A stretch of DNA of 64,000 nt from Thermoproteota archaeon. Its GTDB lineage: Archaea > Thermoproteota > EX4484-205 > JAAOZP01. The position numbers and the translations under genes are program-made. The notes below the pieces were generated by a model, which was given only the letters and a program-made list of their open reading frames with translations, was not told the origin of the DNA and searched no databases. Location of the stretch: contig JAWCMB010000002.1 of assembly GCA_038850115.1 (NCBI GenBank), forward strand, positions 4,385 through 68,384, read 5' to 3'. Positions 53,099 through 62,395 of this stretch are shown in pieces; the stretch's first letter is position 1; each line of letters opens with the position of its first letter.

Positions 53099-54391
53099 AT
53101 GCTTAAAGAGAGGAAGAGAAGTATCGACATAACGCCTGAAGACGAGGATAAGACGATTAAGGTCTATGGGTGGGCGCTTGACAGAAGAGACCTTGGCGGT
53201 GTTAAATTCATTGTTCTAGCCGATCGCTGGGGAAGAGTACAGGTAACATGGGTCAGAGGAAAGTCAAACCCTGATGTTGAGAACATGCTTAACAGCATAA
53301 AGCTTAACGATGTAATAGAGGTTACTGGAAGAGTGAGGAAAACTCCCCAAGCCCCAAGAGGACTTGAGGTAGATCCTGTCGAAATAAAGATTCTAAACGC
53401 TTCTGAACACCCCTTGCCATTGGACCCCACTGAGAGGATAAAAAGCAATCTGGACACCAGGCTGGATGCGCGACCACTAGATGTTTTCAGGCCGAAGGTT
53501 AGAAGCATATTCATGATTAAGAGCGCTCTTCTAGAAATCTTGAGAGATTTTTTCCATGAAAACGATTTCGTTGAAATAATCACTCCCAGAATAATAGCTT
53601 CCGCGACTGAAGGTGGGGCAGCTCTTTTCCCCCTGCCTTATTTCGACAAGATAGCTTACCTTGCCCAGAGCCCTCAGCTTTTCAAAGAACAGATGGTGAT
53701 AGGCTTCGAAAGAGTTTTTGAGATAGGGCCGTTTTTCAGGGCGGAGCCTTTCAACACGACCAAGCATCTTAACGAGTTTACTTCAATAGATATTGAGGTG
53801 GCGTTTGCAGACATGGAGGATGTCATGCTTATTTGCGAAAAAATGATAAGGTATGTGCATGAGAAAATAAGTGAAAAATGTAAAGATGAGTTGGATACTT
53901 TAGGCTTAAAGATAAGTATTCCAGAGGTTCCATTGAAAAGGTTTAGATACGGGGAGATCCTCTCCATGCTTAGCGAGAGGGGGGTTGACGTGAGTTTTGG
54001 GGAAGACGTTGGAAGCGAGGAGCTGAGGAGCCTTGAGGAGCTGGGGCAAGAGTATTATTTCATAACTCATTGGCCGAGCAAGACGAAGCCTTTCTACATA
54101 AAAGTTAGGGGTGACGGTTCTTCAGAATCCTTCGACCTGAACTATGGCCCGTTGGAGCTTGGCTCCGGCGGGACGAGGGAGGAGAACAGAGAGAAACTGG
54201 TGAGCCAATTGATGGAGAAAAACCTGAATCCGAGCGATTTCTCCTATCACCTTAAGGCTTTCGGATACGGCATGCCTCCTCACGCAGGATGGGCGGTTGG
54301 CCTTGAAAGACTTCTAATGAGTATTCTGGGGCTCGACAACATAAGGGAAGCAATGCTTTACCCGAGGGACAGGTTCAGGCTGGAACCCTAG
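53099..54391 (+). CDS. aspS: Aspartyl-tRNA synthetase (archaeal type)
   Basis: 430 aa. N-terminal OB fold (V.GW....RDLGG.KF..L.DR.G.VQV), class II motifs FFRAEP, ...GSGG.RE, and GLERL.M. Confidence 0.9.
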   Translation: MLKERKRSIDITPEDEDKTIKVYGWALDRRDLGGVKFIVLADRWGRVQVTWVRGKSNPDVENMLNSIKLNDVIEVTGRVRKTPQAPRGLEVDPVEIKILNASEHPLPLDPTERIKSNLDTRLDARPLDVFRPKVRSIFMIKSALLEILRDFFHENDFVEIITPRIIASATEGGAALFPLPYFDKIAYLAQSPQLFKEQMVIGFERVFEIGPFFRAEPFNTTKHLNEFTSIDIEVAFADMEDVMLICEKMIRYVHEKISEKCKDELDTLGLKISIPEVPLKRFRYGEILSMLSERGVDVSFGEDVGSEELRSLEELGQEYYFITHWPSKTKPFYIKVRGDGSSESFDLNYGPLELGSGGTREENREKLVSQLMEKNLNPSDFSYHLKAFGYGMPPHAGWAVGLERLLMSILGLDNIREAMLYPRDRFRLEP

Positions 54392-55410
54392 CCTTCTTCA
54401 CCGTAGGCTTCTTCCTCAACGTCAGTTATGCCGTTTTCAGCAATCTTAAACAAGCATTCTCCCTCAGGCCTGTCCAGGCTAACTATTAGGCGGGCTACTC
54501 TCAAACCCTGCTCTCCTCTGGCTTTACGCAAATATATTCTTGTGTGACTCCTATGCGCGAGAATATGGCCGCCCACAGGGTATGCTCCCATGCCGAAGAT
54601 CTCGTCCGGCTTAGCCATAACCTGATTCGTAACGACGATGACAAGGTTGAAAGCCTTTGAAAGACGTTCAAGCCTGTGAAGATGAGCGTTAAGCTTCTGC
54701 TGCCTTTTAACAAGGCTCTCTCGGCCCAAGTATTCGCTTCTAAAATGAGTCATCAAGGAATCCACTATGACAAGCTTCACCTTCTTACTTTTAATGACTT
54801 CATCCAAACGTTCAGCTATAAGCACCTGATGATCCGAGTTGAAGGCTTCCGCCACAGTAATGTTTTCAACAGTCTTAATCGGGTCCAGCTTCAAATACTT
54901 AGCCATTGCAACAATGCGCTCAGGCCTGAAACTGTTTTCAGTATCTATGTAGACAACGTTTCCGTTTAAACCCCCTCTCTCCGCAGGGAGCTGAACGTTA
55001 ACGGCAAGCTGATGGCTTATCTGAGATTTCCCGGTTCCATACTCCCCGAAGAACTCGGTTATCGTCATCGTCTCCAACCCTCCTCCTAGAAGAGCATCAA
55101 GCTTCTTGCTCCCCGTAGTAAGCTTCTGAATGTGCTCCCGCTGCTTCAGAATATCTAGGGCTGAGATGAACTTGACCTCGATGCTGCTTCTCGCTAGGGA
55201 TATTATCTTGGCGGCAGTCTTATCAGGAATGCCCCCGCTCACAAGCTCGTTTACAGTAGCCGTCGCCAGCGCCTCGACAGTAGTGTAGCCGAGCTCCTTC
55301 AGCTTAGCAGCGGTGGAGGGACCTATGCCAGGAATATCCTCTATTGATTCGAAAACCTCCACACCCTTAGATTCTTCCTCTTCCTCTTCTCCAGCTTTCC
55401 TCCTAACCAT
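54388..55410 (-). CDS. radA: DNA repair and recombination protein RadA
   Basis: 340 aa. HhH IEDIPGIGPSTAAKLKELGY, Walker A GEYGTGKSQ, then ...VYIDTENSFRPERI. Confidence 0.9.
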   Translation of the reverse strand: MVRRKAGEEEEEESKGVEVFESIEDIPGIGPSTAAKLKELGYTTVEALATATVNELVSGGIPDKTAAKIISLARSSIEVKFISALDILKQREHIQKLTTGSKKLDALLGGGLETMTITEFFGEYGTGKSQISHQLAVNVQLPAERGGLNGNVVYIDTENSFRPERIVAMAKYLKLDPIKTVENITVAEAFNSDHQVLIAERLDEVIKSKKVKLVIVDSLMTHFRSEYLGRESLVKRQQKLNAHLHRLERLSKAFNLVIVVTNQVMAKPDEIFGMGAYPVGGHILAHRSHTRIYLRKARGEQGLRVARLIVSLDRPEGECLFKIAENGITDVEEEAYGEEG

Positions 55411-55526
55411 GATTTTTTCCTTCTGTCCGAACTAATAGGTTCTCGGAAGGGTAGCTTATAAATGTGAATTCGATTCTCACGCGAAGGATTTTCAAGCTTA
55501 TAACTCCAGCATAGTGGAAACTTCAG

Positions 55527-56195
55527 ATGGAGGGAGATTACCGGGAGGAAGTCCGTAGGCTATACGACACCATATCTGAGGAGTTTGACAAGACGAGGGT
55601 TAAACCAGACCCTCTCCTTGAAACACTGGTTAAGAGGAGTTTTTCAAGAGAAGCTGCGTTAATACTTGACAACGGTTGTGGAAACTGCAGGAACCTCAAG
55701 GCTTTCACCGGGGGCACTATGGTTGCAGGAGACTTTTCGAGAAACATGCTTAAACAATGCGTGAGAAACGTTTCAGGAAGGGAGGTTCACTATGTGCAGT
55801 ACGAGTTAACGCACCTGCCTTTCAGGAATAGTGTTTTCGACAGCATAGTGTGTATTTCAGCAATACACCATTTGAGGAAGAAGGATTCTGAGAAGGCTCT
55901 TGTAGAGATGGAGAGGGCTCTGAGGGAAAGGGGCTGGATGCTTGTCTCCTCATGGTCTATAAAGATGACTAGGGACAAGAAGTTTCTACGCAGGGCTAGG
56001 AAGATCAACGGTAACTATTTCTTGGTGAGCTGGGGGCCGCATAGAAGGTTCTACTTCCTCATGGATGCGAAAACCCTTTGGTCTATATGCAGGAAAGCCG
56101 GTTTCGAGGACACGATTATTCTAGAATACGGGATGAACAATTACATCCTGGTGGACAGGAGAACTAGGGGAAGCAGGCCTCAGCTTAAGGAATAA
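55527..56195 (+). CDS. Class I SAM-dependent methyltransferase (Methyltransf_11-like)
   Basis: 222 aa. ILDNGCGNCRN motif I and FDSIVCISAIHHL. Confidence 0.65.
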   Translation: MEGDYREEVRRLYDTISEEFDKTRVKPDPLLETLVKRSFSREAALILDNGCGNCRNLKAFTGGTMVAGDFSRNMLKQCVRNVSGREVHYVQYELTHLPFRNSVFDSIVCISAIHHLRKKDSEKALVEMERALRERGWMLVSSWSIKMTRDKKFLRRARKINGNYFLVSWGPHRRFYFLMDAKTLWSICRKAGFEDTIILEYGMNNYILVDRRTRGSRPQLKE

Positions 56196-56237
56196 AACTT
56201 TTAAACCGTCCAGCCTTTTTTTAATCCCCCAGTGCCT

Positions 56238-56312
56238 GCGGCGCTGGTCTAGCCTGGTTAGGACACCAGCCTTCCAAGCTGGGAATCCCGGGTTCAAATC
56301 CCGGGCGCCGCA
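56238..56312 (+). tRNA. tRNA-Gly(UCC)
   Basis: 75 nt. Acceptor GCGGCGC/GCGCCGC, D stem GTCT/GGAC, anticodon stem CCAGC/GCTGG, loop CT-TCC-AA, T arm CCGGG-TTCAAAT-CCCGG. Confidence 0.9.
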
Positions 56313-56360
56313 TAAATCTAAATCCTAATAACCTTCAAGCGTTTTTCTTGAAGCGTTTAA

Positions 56361-56672
56361 ATGGTGAAGAGGAAGGCGGTGGGCATCGCGAGGGAGAGGA
56401 TAGACATCCTGCTTAAACTGGCGCTGGACACTGCGGAGTCTGACTTAAGCGAGGCAGAGTCCTACGTGAGGCTTGCCTGGAGGATCGCTGAGAAGTTTAA
56501 CCTTAGGAATAAAGCCGTGTTAAGAAGGTATTTCAGGTGCAGCAGGTGTAAGGATTTCCTGATACCCGGCCGTGGCCTAAAGATAAGGGTTTTAAAAGGC
56601 AGGGGAGTAGGGCTTATCTGCCTGAAATGCGGCAGCGTCAAGCTCATCCCTGTTTTCAACGAAAAAAGATAA
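56361..56672 (+). CDS. rnp4: RNase P protein component 4 (Rpp21/Rpr2)
   Basis: 103 aa. IARERIDILL.LA........A..YV.LA..I..K......K...R.FC..C...L.PG......CL.CG zinc ribbon. Confidence 0.8.
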   Translation: MVKRKAVGIARERIDILLKLALDTAESDLSEAESYVRLAWRIAEKFNLRNKAVLRRYFRCSRCKDFLIPGRGLKIRVLKGRGVGLICLKCGSVKLIPVFNEKR

Positions 56673-56706
56673 GAGCCCCGGGTGTTGAAGCCTATTCCGA
56701 TTAGGC

Positions 56707-57324
56707 TTGAGCATAGAGCCCGCGGTTGAGGCGGAGCGTTTCGCGAAAGCATTCATACTGTTGTTCGTCATACTGGATTCTGTCGGAAACATTCCCGTCT
56801 TCCACACTTTCCTAGAGTCTTTTTCAAGCGAGAAGAAGAGGAAAATAATAAGGGAGTCTATTGTCGCTGCGACGGCCGTGCTAGTGTTCTTCGCCCTACT
56901 TGGGTCCATGCTGTTCAGCTTCCTTGGAATAAGGCTGTTCGACTTCTATATTGCTTCAGGAATGGTTCTCGTAGCAATATCCTTAAAGTACATACTTGTG
57001 GGTGAGGAGAGCGAGGTGAGGGGAGAGAGGCCTGAGGAGATATCTGTCTTCCCCTTGGCTACACCGCTTCTCGCAGGACCGGGAAGCATATCCACAGTCA
57101 TAATAATATCAAACCCTCCCTACAATATTCTCATGTGCGTGCTCGTAATACTTCTGAACTCGGTTTTAGCATACGTGATTCTCGTAAACGGCGAAAGGAT
57201 TATGGGGAGCATAGGCAGAACGCCCTCTAAGCTTATCGCGAAAATATTCAACCTGATAATAGTGGCTTTCGGAATAGTTATGATCAGAAACGGTTTAGAA
57301 GGTTTTCTACAGTTATCCGGCTGA
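56707..57324 (+). CDS. MarC-family (UPF0056) integral membrane protein
   Basis: 205 aa. FAKAFILLFVILDSVGNIPVF and FPLATPLLAGPGSIST motifs. TTG start. Confidence 0.7.
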   Translation: MSIEPAVEAERFAKAFILLFVILDSVGNIPVFHTFLESFSSEKKRKIIRESIVAATAVLVFFALLGSMLFSFLGIRLFDFYIASGMVLVAISLKYILVGEESEVRGERPEEISVFPLATPLLAGPGSISTVIIISNPPYNILMCVLVILLNSVLAYVILVNGERIMGSIGRTPSKLIAKIFNLIIVAFGIVMIRNGLEGFLQLSG

Positions 57325-57499
57325 CGTAGAAAAGTTAATATAGTACTCAAGCATAATCCGCCGAGGAGGTGTATCACGTGTACACGAGACTTAACGCCCG
57401 AAGGGGGCGAGATTACCTGCGTTCCAGCGACAGCGACACCTCTAGAGGAAACTGTTGAAAAACAATATTCTTTTAAACCTGTTTTAGGAGGGAGGCCTG

Positions 57500-59038
57500 A
57501 TGGTTTGGAGAGAATACTTTACTGAGATAAGCCTACCTGGCAGAGTGGTTCTTTTCGACACTACTCTGAGAGACGGCGAGCAGACTCCTGGAGTAGCTCT
57601 CACGCCTGCAGATAAGCTTAAGATAGCTAGGCAGCTTGACGCGCTCGGAGTACCCGTAATAGAGGCGGGTTTCCCGGCAACTTCCCCCGGAGAAGAGGAG
57701 GCTGTCAAGCTAATAGTTGGAGAGAGGCTTAACGCGGAGGTAGCCGCGTTATCCAGATCCTTAAAGCAGGATATTGAGGCAGCCGCCTCAACAGGCGCTC
57801 AAAGAATACATCTCTTCATAGCCACCTCAGACGTACATTTGGCTAAGAAGCTTCACATAAGCAGAGAGGAGGCTGTTAAAAGGGCTGTCGAGTCAATCGA
57901 CCACGCGAAATCATACGGTATGAAAATAGAGTTCTCAGCGGAGGATGCTACCAGGACAAGCATCGACTTCCTATTGGAGTTCTACAGGGAGGTTGAGAAG
58001 GCGGGGGCAAGCATAGTGGATATTCCTGATACTGTTGGCGTTGCAACACCGTTAACCATGAGGGAGATAGTTAGAAGGGTCAGCGGAGCCTTAAGGATCC
58101 CGGTTGCTGTACACTGTCACAACGATATGGGTTTAGCGGTTGCGAACACGCTGGCAGGCATTGAGGGAGGCGCTGTTGAAGCCCACGTGACTGTCAACGG
58201 GCTTGGAGAGAGAGCGGGTAATGCGAGCCTGGAGGAAGTAGCGGTTTCGCTGAAAGTGCTTTACGGCGTTGAAACAGGGGTAAGGTTCAACGAAATATAC
58301 AGCACGTCGAGACTGGTTTCCTCAATAACCGGCATAACGATACCTGTGAACAAGCCTATAGTGGGTGAGAACGCTTTCTCCCATGAAAGCGGAATCCATA
58401 CTCACGGCATAATATCCTCCCCAGAGACATATGAGCCTATACTCCCCGAGTTCGTCGGGGCCAGGAGAAAACTCGTAGCGGGAAAACACGCCGGCATACA
58501 CGGGATTTCCGCGCAGCTCGAGGAGATGGGATACAGGCCGAACGAGGAAGAGTTGAAAAAAATCCTGAAAATAGTTAAGGATATTGGTGACAAGGGTAAG
58601 AGGGTTACTGACGCCGAGCTTGCTTCGATAGCTGAAAGCGTAATGGGGTACGGAGTCGGGGAGAAGAACCGTATTGAGCTGGATGAGCTGCTGGTTGTGA
58701 CAGGCTTGAACACGACGCCGACGGCGACGATTAAAGTAAGGTGGGGAGAAGAGTCGTTGAGGGGAGCGGAATTCGGCGTCGGGCCCATAGATGCTTCGAT
58801 GAAGGCTGTGAGCAGGCTTCTCGGCGACCTGATTAAAATAAAGCTTGAAAGCTTCAGGCTGGAGGCCATCACCGGCGGGACGGATGCGCTTGCAGAAGTG
58901 ACTGTCAGGGTTTCGGATGAGGAGGGCAGGAGCGTGACCGCTAAAGGGTTCAGCGAAGACATAGTTTTAGCAGGAGTATATGCGATACTTAACGGGGCGA
59001 ATAGGCTTCTTCAGATTAAGAAGGGAACAGTTAGATGA
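57500..59038 (+). CDS. leuA: 2-isopropylmalate synthase / (R)-citramalate synthase family
   Basis: 512 aa. [30 protein letters not shown] and a C-terminal LeuA-dimer regulatory domain. Confidence 0.85.
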   Translation: MVWREYFTEISLPGRVVLFDTTLRDGEQTPGVALTPADKLKIARQLDALGVPVIEAGFPATSPGEEEAVKLIVGERLNAEVAALSRSLKQDIEAAASTGAQRIHLFIATSDVHLAKKLHISREEAVKRAVESIDHAKSYGMKIEFSAEDATRTSIDFLLEFYREVEKAGASIVDIPDTVGVATPLTMREIVRRVSGALRIPVAVHCHNDMGLAVANTLAGIEGGAVEAHVTVNGLGERAGNASLEEVAVSLKVLYGVETGVRFNEIYSTSRLVSSITGITIPVNKPIVGENAFSHESGIHTHGIISSPETYEPILPEFVGARRKLVAGKHAGIHGISAQLEEMGYRPNEEELKKILKIVKDIGDKGKRVTDAELASIAESVMGYGVGEKNRIELDELLVVTGLNTTPTATIKVRWGEESLRGAEFGVGPIDASMKAVSRLLGDLIKIKLESFRLEAITGGTDALAEVTVRVSDEEGRSVTAKGFSEDIVLAGVYAILNGANRLLQIKKGTVR

Positions 59039-60300
59039 CTGGTTTAACGGCGATCCAGAAAGTGGTCTCCGGGAAAACCGGTAGGCCGCGCGTAGAGATA
59101 GGGGAAATAGTTGAAGCCAAGGTTGATTTCCTAATGCTTCACGAGGTAACTGGGCCGCTGGCGGTTGAAGAGTTTGAAAAAATATCTGGGAAAGTCTGGG
59201 ATCCGAGTAGAGTCATAGTGGTGTTTGACCATGATGCTCCCCCGAGCACGATAGAGCTGGCAAACCAGATGAGGAAAATGAGGAGCTTCGTTAAAAAATA
59301 CGGGGTAAGCAACTTCTTTGAAATAGGCAGAGGGGGCATAGCTCACCAGGTTCTGTTCGAAGAAGGCTTCGACATTCCAGGGTTCCTTATAGTCGGAGTT
59401 GACAGCCACACTTGCACGGCGGGGGCAACAGGCGCTGTTGGAATAGGCGTCGGCTCCACGGATGCTGCCGTTGTTCTAGCTTCCGGAGAAATATGGCTGA
59501 GGGTTCCTGAAACAATTCTCGTCGAGGTGAAGGGCAGGCTTAAGAAAGGCGTCTTCGCGAAGGATGTTGCTTTAAAGATTGTTGGGACAATCGGCAGTAA
59601 CGGTGCAACCTACAGGGTGCTTGAGTATGCTGGTGAGACGGTGAGCATGATGAGCCTGTCGGAGCGCCTGACTATAGCGAACCTGTCTGTTGAAACAGGC
59701 GCTAAAACCGGGATTGTCCAGACTGATTCCAAGAGCCTCGAGTATGCTGAGCGTTACGGGAGGAGCAGTAAGCCCATGGATGTAAGGAGCGACCCTGATT
59801 CCAACCTGGAGAGGATTGAGGTCGATGTTTCAGAGCTGGAGCCGGTTGTAAGCGTTCCCTACAGTGTGGACAACGTTAAGCCGGTTAGTGAAGTCGAGGG
59901 GCTTGAGATAAACCAGGCTTTCCTCGGCTCCTGCACAAACGGGAGGCTGGACGACCTGCTTGTAGCATTCAGGATCCTTAAGGGCAGGAGGGTTGCACCG
60001 GGCGTGAGACTCGTGGTGAGCCCAGCCTCAGCCAGGGTGTACGCAGAGGCTTTGAGAACAGGTATTATTGAAGAGATTGTTAGGGCGGGTGGAGTAGTAA
60101 CCTCGCCGACGTGCGGCGCATGCCTAGGAATGTCTAGGGGGGTTCTCGCAGAGGGTGAGGTGGCGGTTTCAAGCAGCAACAGGAACTTCATCGGGAGGAT
60201 GGGCGATGAGAAGAGCAAGGTTTTCCTAGCTTCCCCGGCGACGGTAGCCGCGTCAGCTATAAATGGGAGGATAACTGACCCTAGGAGGCTTCTGGCTTGA
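59035..60300 (+). CDS. leuC: 3-isopropylmalate/homoaconitate dehydratase large subunit
   Basis: 421 aa. VDSHTCTAGA, GSCTNGR and ...PTCGACLG aconitase-family cluster ligand motifs. Confidence 0.85.
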   Translation: MTGLTAIQKVVSGKTGRPRVEIGEIVEAKVDFLMLHEVTGPLAVEEFEKISGKVWDPSRVIVVFDHDAPPSTIELANQMRKMRSFVKKYGVSNFFEIGRGGIAHQVLFEEGFDIPGFLIVGVDSHTCTAGATGAVGIGVGSTDAAVVLASGEIWLRVPETILVEVKGRLKKGVFAKDVALKIVGTIGSNGATYRVLEYAGETVSMMSLSERLTIANLSVETGAKTGIVQTDSKSLEYAERYGRSSKPMDVRSDPDSNLERIEVDVSELEPVVSVPYSVDNVKPVSEVEGLEINQAFLGSCTNGRLDDLLVAFRILKGRRVAPGVRLVVSPASARVYAEALRTGIIEEIVRAGGVVTSPTCGACLGMSRGVLAEGEVAVSSSNRNFIGRMGDEKSKVFLASPATVAASAINGRITDPRRLLA

Positions 60301-60830
60301 AGATACGCGGGAAGACGATTAGGCTGGGCGATAATATAGATACTGACGTCATAATTCCTGCAAGATACTTGGTGACGCATGACGCTGCAACCCTGGCGAA
60401 ACACGTGTTCGAAGACTACTATCCTGAGTTCAGGATTAAGGCGGCGGAGGGAGCGGTGATTATCGCAGGCGAGAACTTCGGCCTAGGAAGCTCCAGGGAG
60501 CATGCGGCTATTGCTTTGAAGCATTCAGGTGTGAAAGCAATAGTGGCGAAGTCTTTCGCAAGAATCTTCTACAGGAATTCTATCAACATAGGGCTGCCTG
60601 CGCTTGTCCTTAGGGAGCGGGGGGTGTTCGACAGGCTTTTGGAAGGTGACGAGGTTGAGCTCGACATTGCGAAGGGGGTTTTAACGATCGTTAAAACCGG
60701 GGAAACGTTTTCCTGCGATAAAATGCCTGAATTCATGATGAAAATAATAGAAGCAGGCGGTTTAGTAAACTATTTTAAGAAAAAGAGCGGGGAAAACCAG
60801 TGGAAAGCGAGGCCCGATAACTATTTATAA
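60297..60830 (+). CDS. leuD: 3-isopropylmalate/homoaconitate dehydratase small subunit
   Basis: 177 aa. (TTG)KIRGKTIRLGDNIDTDVIIPARYL and GENFGLGSSREHA. The TTG overlaps the leuC stop. Confidence 0.85.
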   Translation: MKIRGKTIRLGDNIDTDVIIPARYLVTHDAATLAKHVFEDYYPEFRIKAAEGAVIIAGENFGLGSSREHAAIALKHSGVKAIVAKSFARIFYRNSINIGLPALVLRERGVFDRLLEGDEVELDIAKGVLTIVKTGETFSCDKMPEFMMKIIEAGGLVNYFKKKSGENQWKARPDNYL

Positions 60831-60841
60831 ACCGGCTCCGC

Positions 60842-61687
60842 ATGAAACTACTACTGTTGCAGCGGAGAGAGACAGTTAGCAGTTACTCTTGCACAGTCTG
60901 TGGACGACCACTCAGCCCCGAATACAAGTTCTGTCCCTCCTGCGGAGCCCCCAGGAAGGGAGTCTCGTACGTGAGAAGAGTCTCCACAGGCAACCCTGCT
61001 ATAGACGAAATCCTGGAGGGCGGGTTCGAATCCGGGAAGACATACTTGATCGCGGGGGAGGCTGGAACCGGGAAAACAATATTCAGCCTGCAGTACCTCA
61101 TATACGGTGCGAAGAACAATGAGCCCGGGATCTATGTGACGATAGACGAGAGGCCGGAGATGCTGATAAGGGACGTTAGGAACTTCGGCTGGGATCTTCA
61201 GCCCCTGATAGAGGCAAGGAAACTGGCGATCCTCCCGGTGAGAAGATACTTCACGTCTAAAATGTGGGGCAGAGAGATGGATGCTATAGTCAACAATATA
61301 ATAGAGGAGCTTGAGAAGAAGAGGAGGGACATAGGGGCTAAGAGGCTCGTCATAGACCCGATAGCTCCGCTCGTAACCACTTATTCAAACGAGGTTGCCT
61401 GGGTTAGGGAATACATTAGGAGCCTCATATTCTCGATTGAGGAGAAGCTTGGCGTAACCACCCTGATAACCTCGGAGGTCCCCACGGGGGAGAACACGAT
61501 GAGCAGGTATGGTGTTGAAGAATTCTTGACGACGGGCGTCATAATTCTTTCACTGTCGAAGATTGGGAACACGATCGCTAGGACGATGTTCATAAGGAAA
61601 ATGCGTTGGACAGCTGTGGACCCCACAATCTACAGGTTTGAAATAGAAAGGGGCCGCGGCATAGTTCTTAAAGAACCGTTAACTTAA
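60842..61687 (+). CDS. KaiC/RecA-superfamily ATPase with N-terminal zinc ribbon
   Basis: 281 aa. CTVCGRPLSPEYKFCPSCG, then STGNPAIDEILEGGFESGKTYLIAGEAGTGKTIFSLQYL (KaiC-like Walker A). Confidence 0.7.
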   Translation: MKLLLLQRRETVSSYSCTVCGRPLSPEYKFCPSCGAPRKGVSYVRRVSTGNPAIDEILEGGFESGKTYLIAGEAGTGKTIFSLQYLIYGAKNNEPGIYVTIDERPEMLIRDVRNFGWDLQPLIEARKLAILPVRRYFTSKMWGREMDAIVNNIIEELEKKRRDIGAKRLVIDPIAPLVTTYSNEVAWVREYIRSLIFSIEEKLGVTTLITSEVPTGENTMSRYGVEEFLTTGVIILSLSKIGNTIARTMFIRKMRWTAVDPTIYRFEIERGRGIVLKEPLT

Positions 61688-62259
61688 GAAGGCAGCCTGG
61701 TTCCGCATCTGAAGCAGAACTTGTAGCGCGCATTGTTTACGGCTCCGCATTTCGGGCAGGTTTTAGTGTTCGGAGCCCCGCCGCCCTCCTCGACGCCCGT
61801 CTGCGGCACCGCCGCCACGGTTTCACGCTCAAAGGCTTCCTCGTATTCAGCAGGCTCTCCGACAGGGGGCTGTGCTTCAGCGGCTCCGACTCCGCTGGCC
61901 GGAGCAGCCTGAGCCTCCGGCTCTCTAAGCCCGTACACTGGAGGCTTCGCCGAGACCGGTGGGCTCGTAGACACCTGCTCCCTCACCGCGGCCTTCGGCT
62001 CCTCACGGGTTTCTACAGCGGGCTTCGCAGGCGCTGGGGGCGCAGCCGGAACAGTAACCTCCTTCTTAAGTATCACTATGTCTTCAGCAGCGTCAACCTC
62101 GCTCCAGATAAACTCTATCTCACGGTTGTCTCTTCCAACCACAACTATCCCAACAAGGTTTTCGCCCAGAACGAACCCTATGTCTTTAACGGTGCCGACG
62201 TAGCGGCCTCTCTTATCGTAAACTTGGAGGCCTATTATCTTGTCCTTTCTAATGAGCAT
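61684..62259 (-). CDS. PRC-barrel domain protein with Pro/Ala-rich linker and C-terminal zinc ribbon
   Basis: 191 aa. N-terminal IGLQVYDKRGRYVGTVKDIGF......VGIVV (PRC-barrel-like), a P/A/E-rich segment of about 90 aa, and C-terminal CPKCGAVNNARYKFCFRCG. Confidence 0.5.
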   Translation of the reverse strand: MLIRKDKIIGLQVYDKRGRYVGTVKDIGFVLGENLVGIVVVGRDNREIEFIWSEVDAAEDIVILKKEVTVPAAPPAPAKPAVETREEPKAAVREQVSTSPPVSAKPPVYGLREPEAQAAPASGVGAAEAQPPVGEPAEYEEAFERETVAAVPQTGVEEGGGAPNTKTCPKCGAVNNARYKFCFRCGTRLPS

Positions 62260-62395
62260 CCCGTTGAGAAATGTCCTTGCGGTGGCTTTTATTCTTTATC
62301 TCGACATTAGTATACAACACTAACGACTGTTGTTAAGCAGCGTTTACCACCAATCTGCGAAACGTTTCACCAGCGCTTCAAGGAGAAAAAAGCCT

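Noticed and set aside
53091-53143. AATGATGA ... CTGA pair about 50 nt apart (possible C/D box sRNA).
   Set aside because: There are no internal D'/C' boxes or terminal stem. The segment spans the aspS start codon and its first codons.
61015-61040. tRNA T-arm-like string GGGTTCGAATCCGGG.
   Set aside because: It lies inside the KaiC-like CDS (encoding EGGFESGKT). No acceptor, D or anticodon arms can be built around it.
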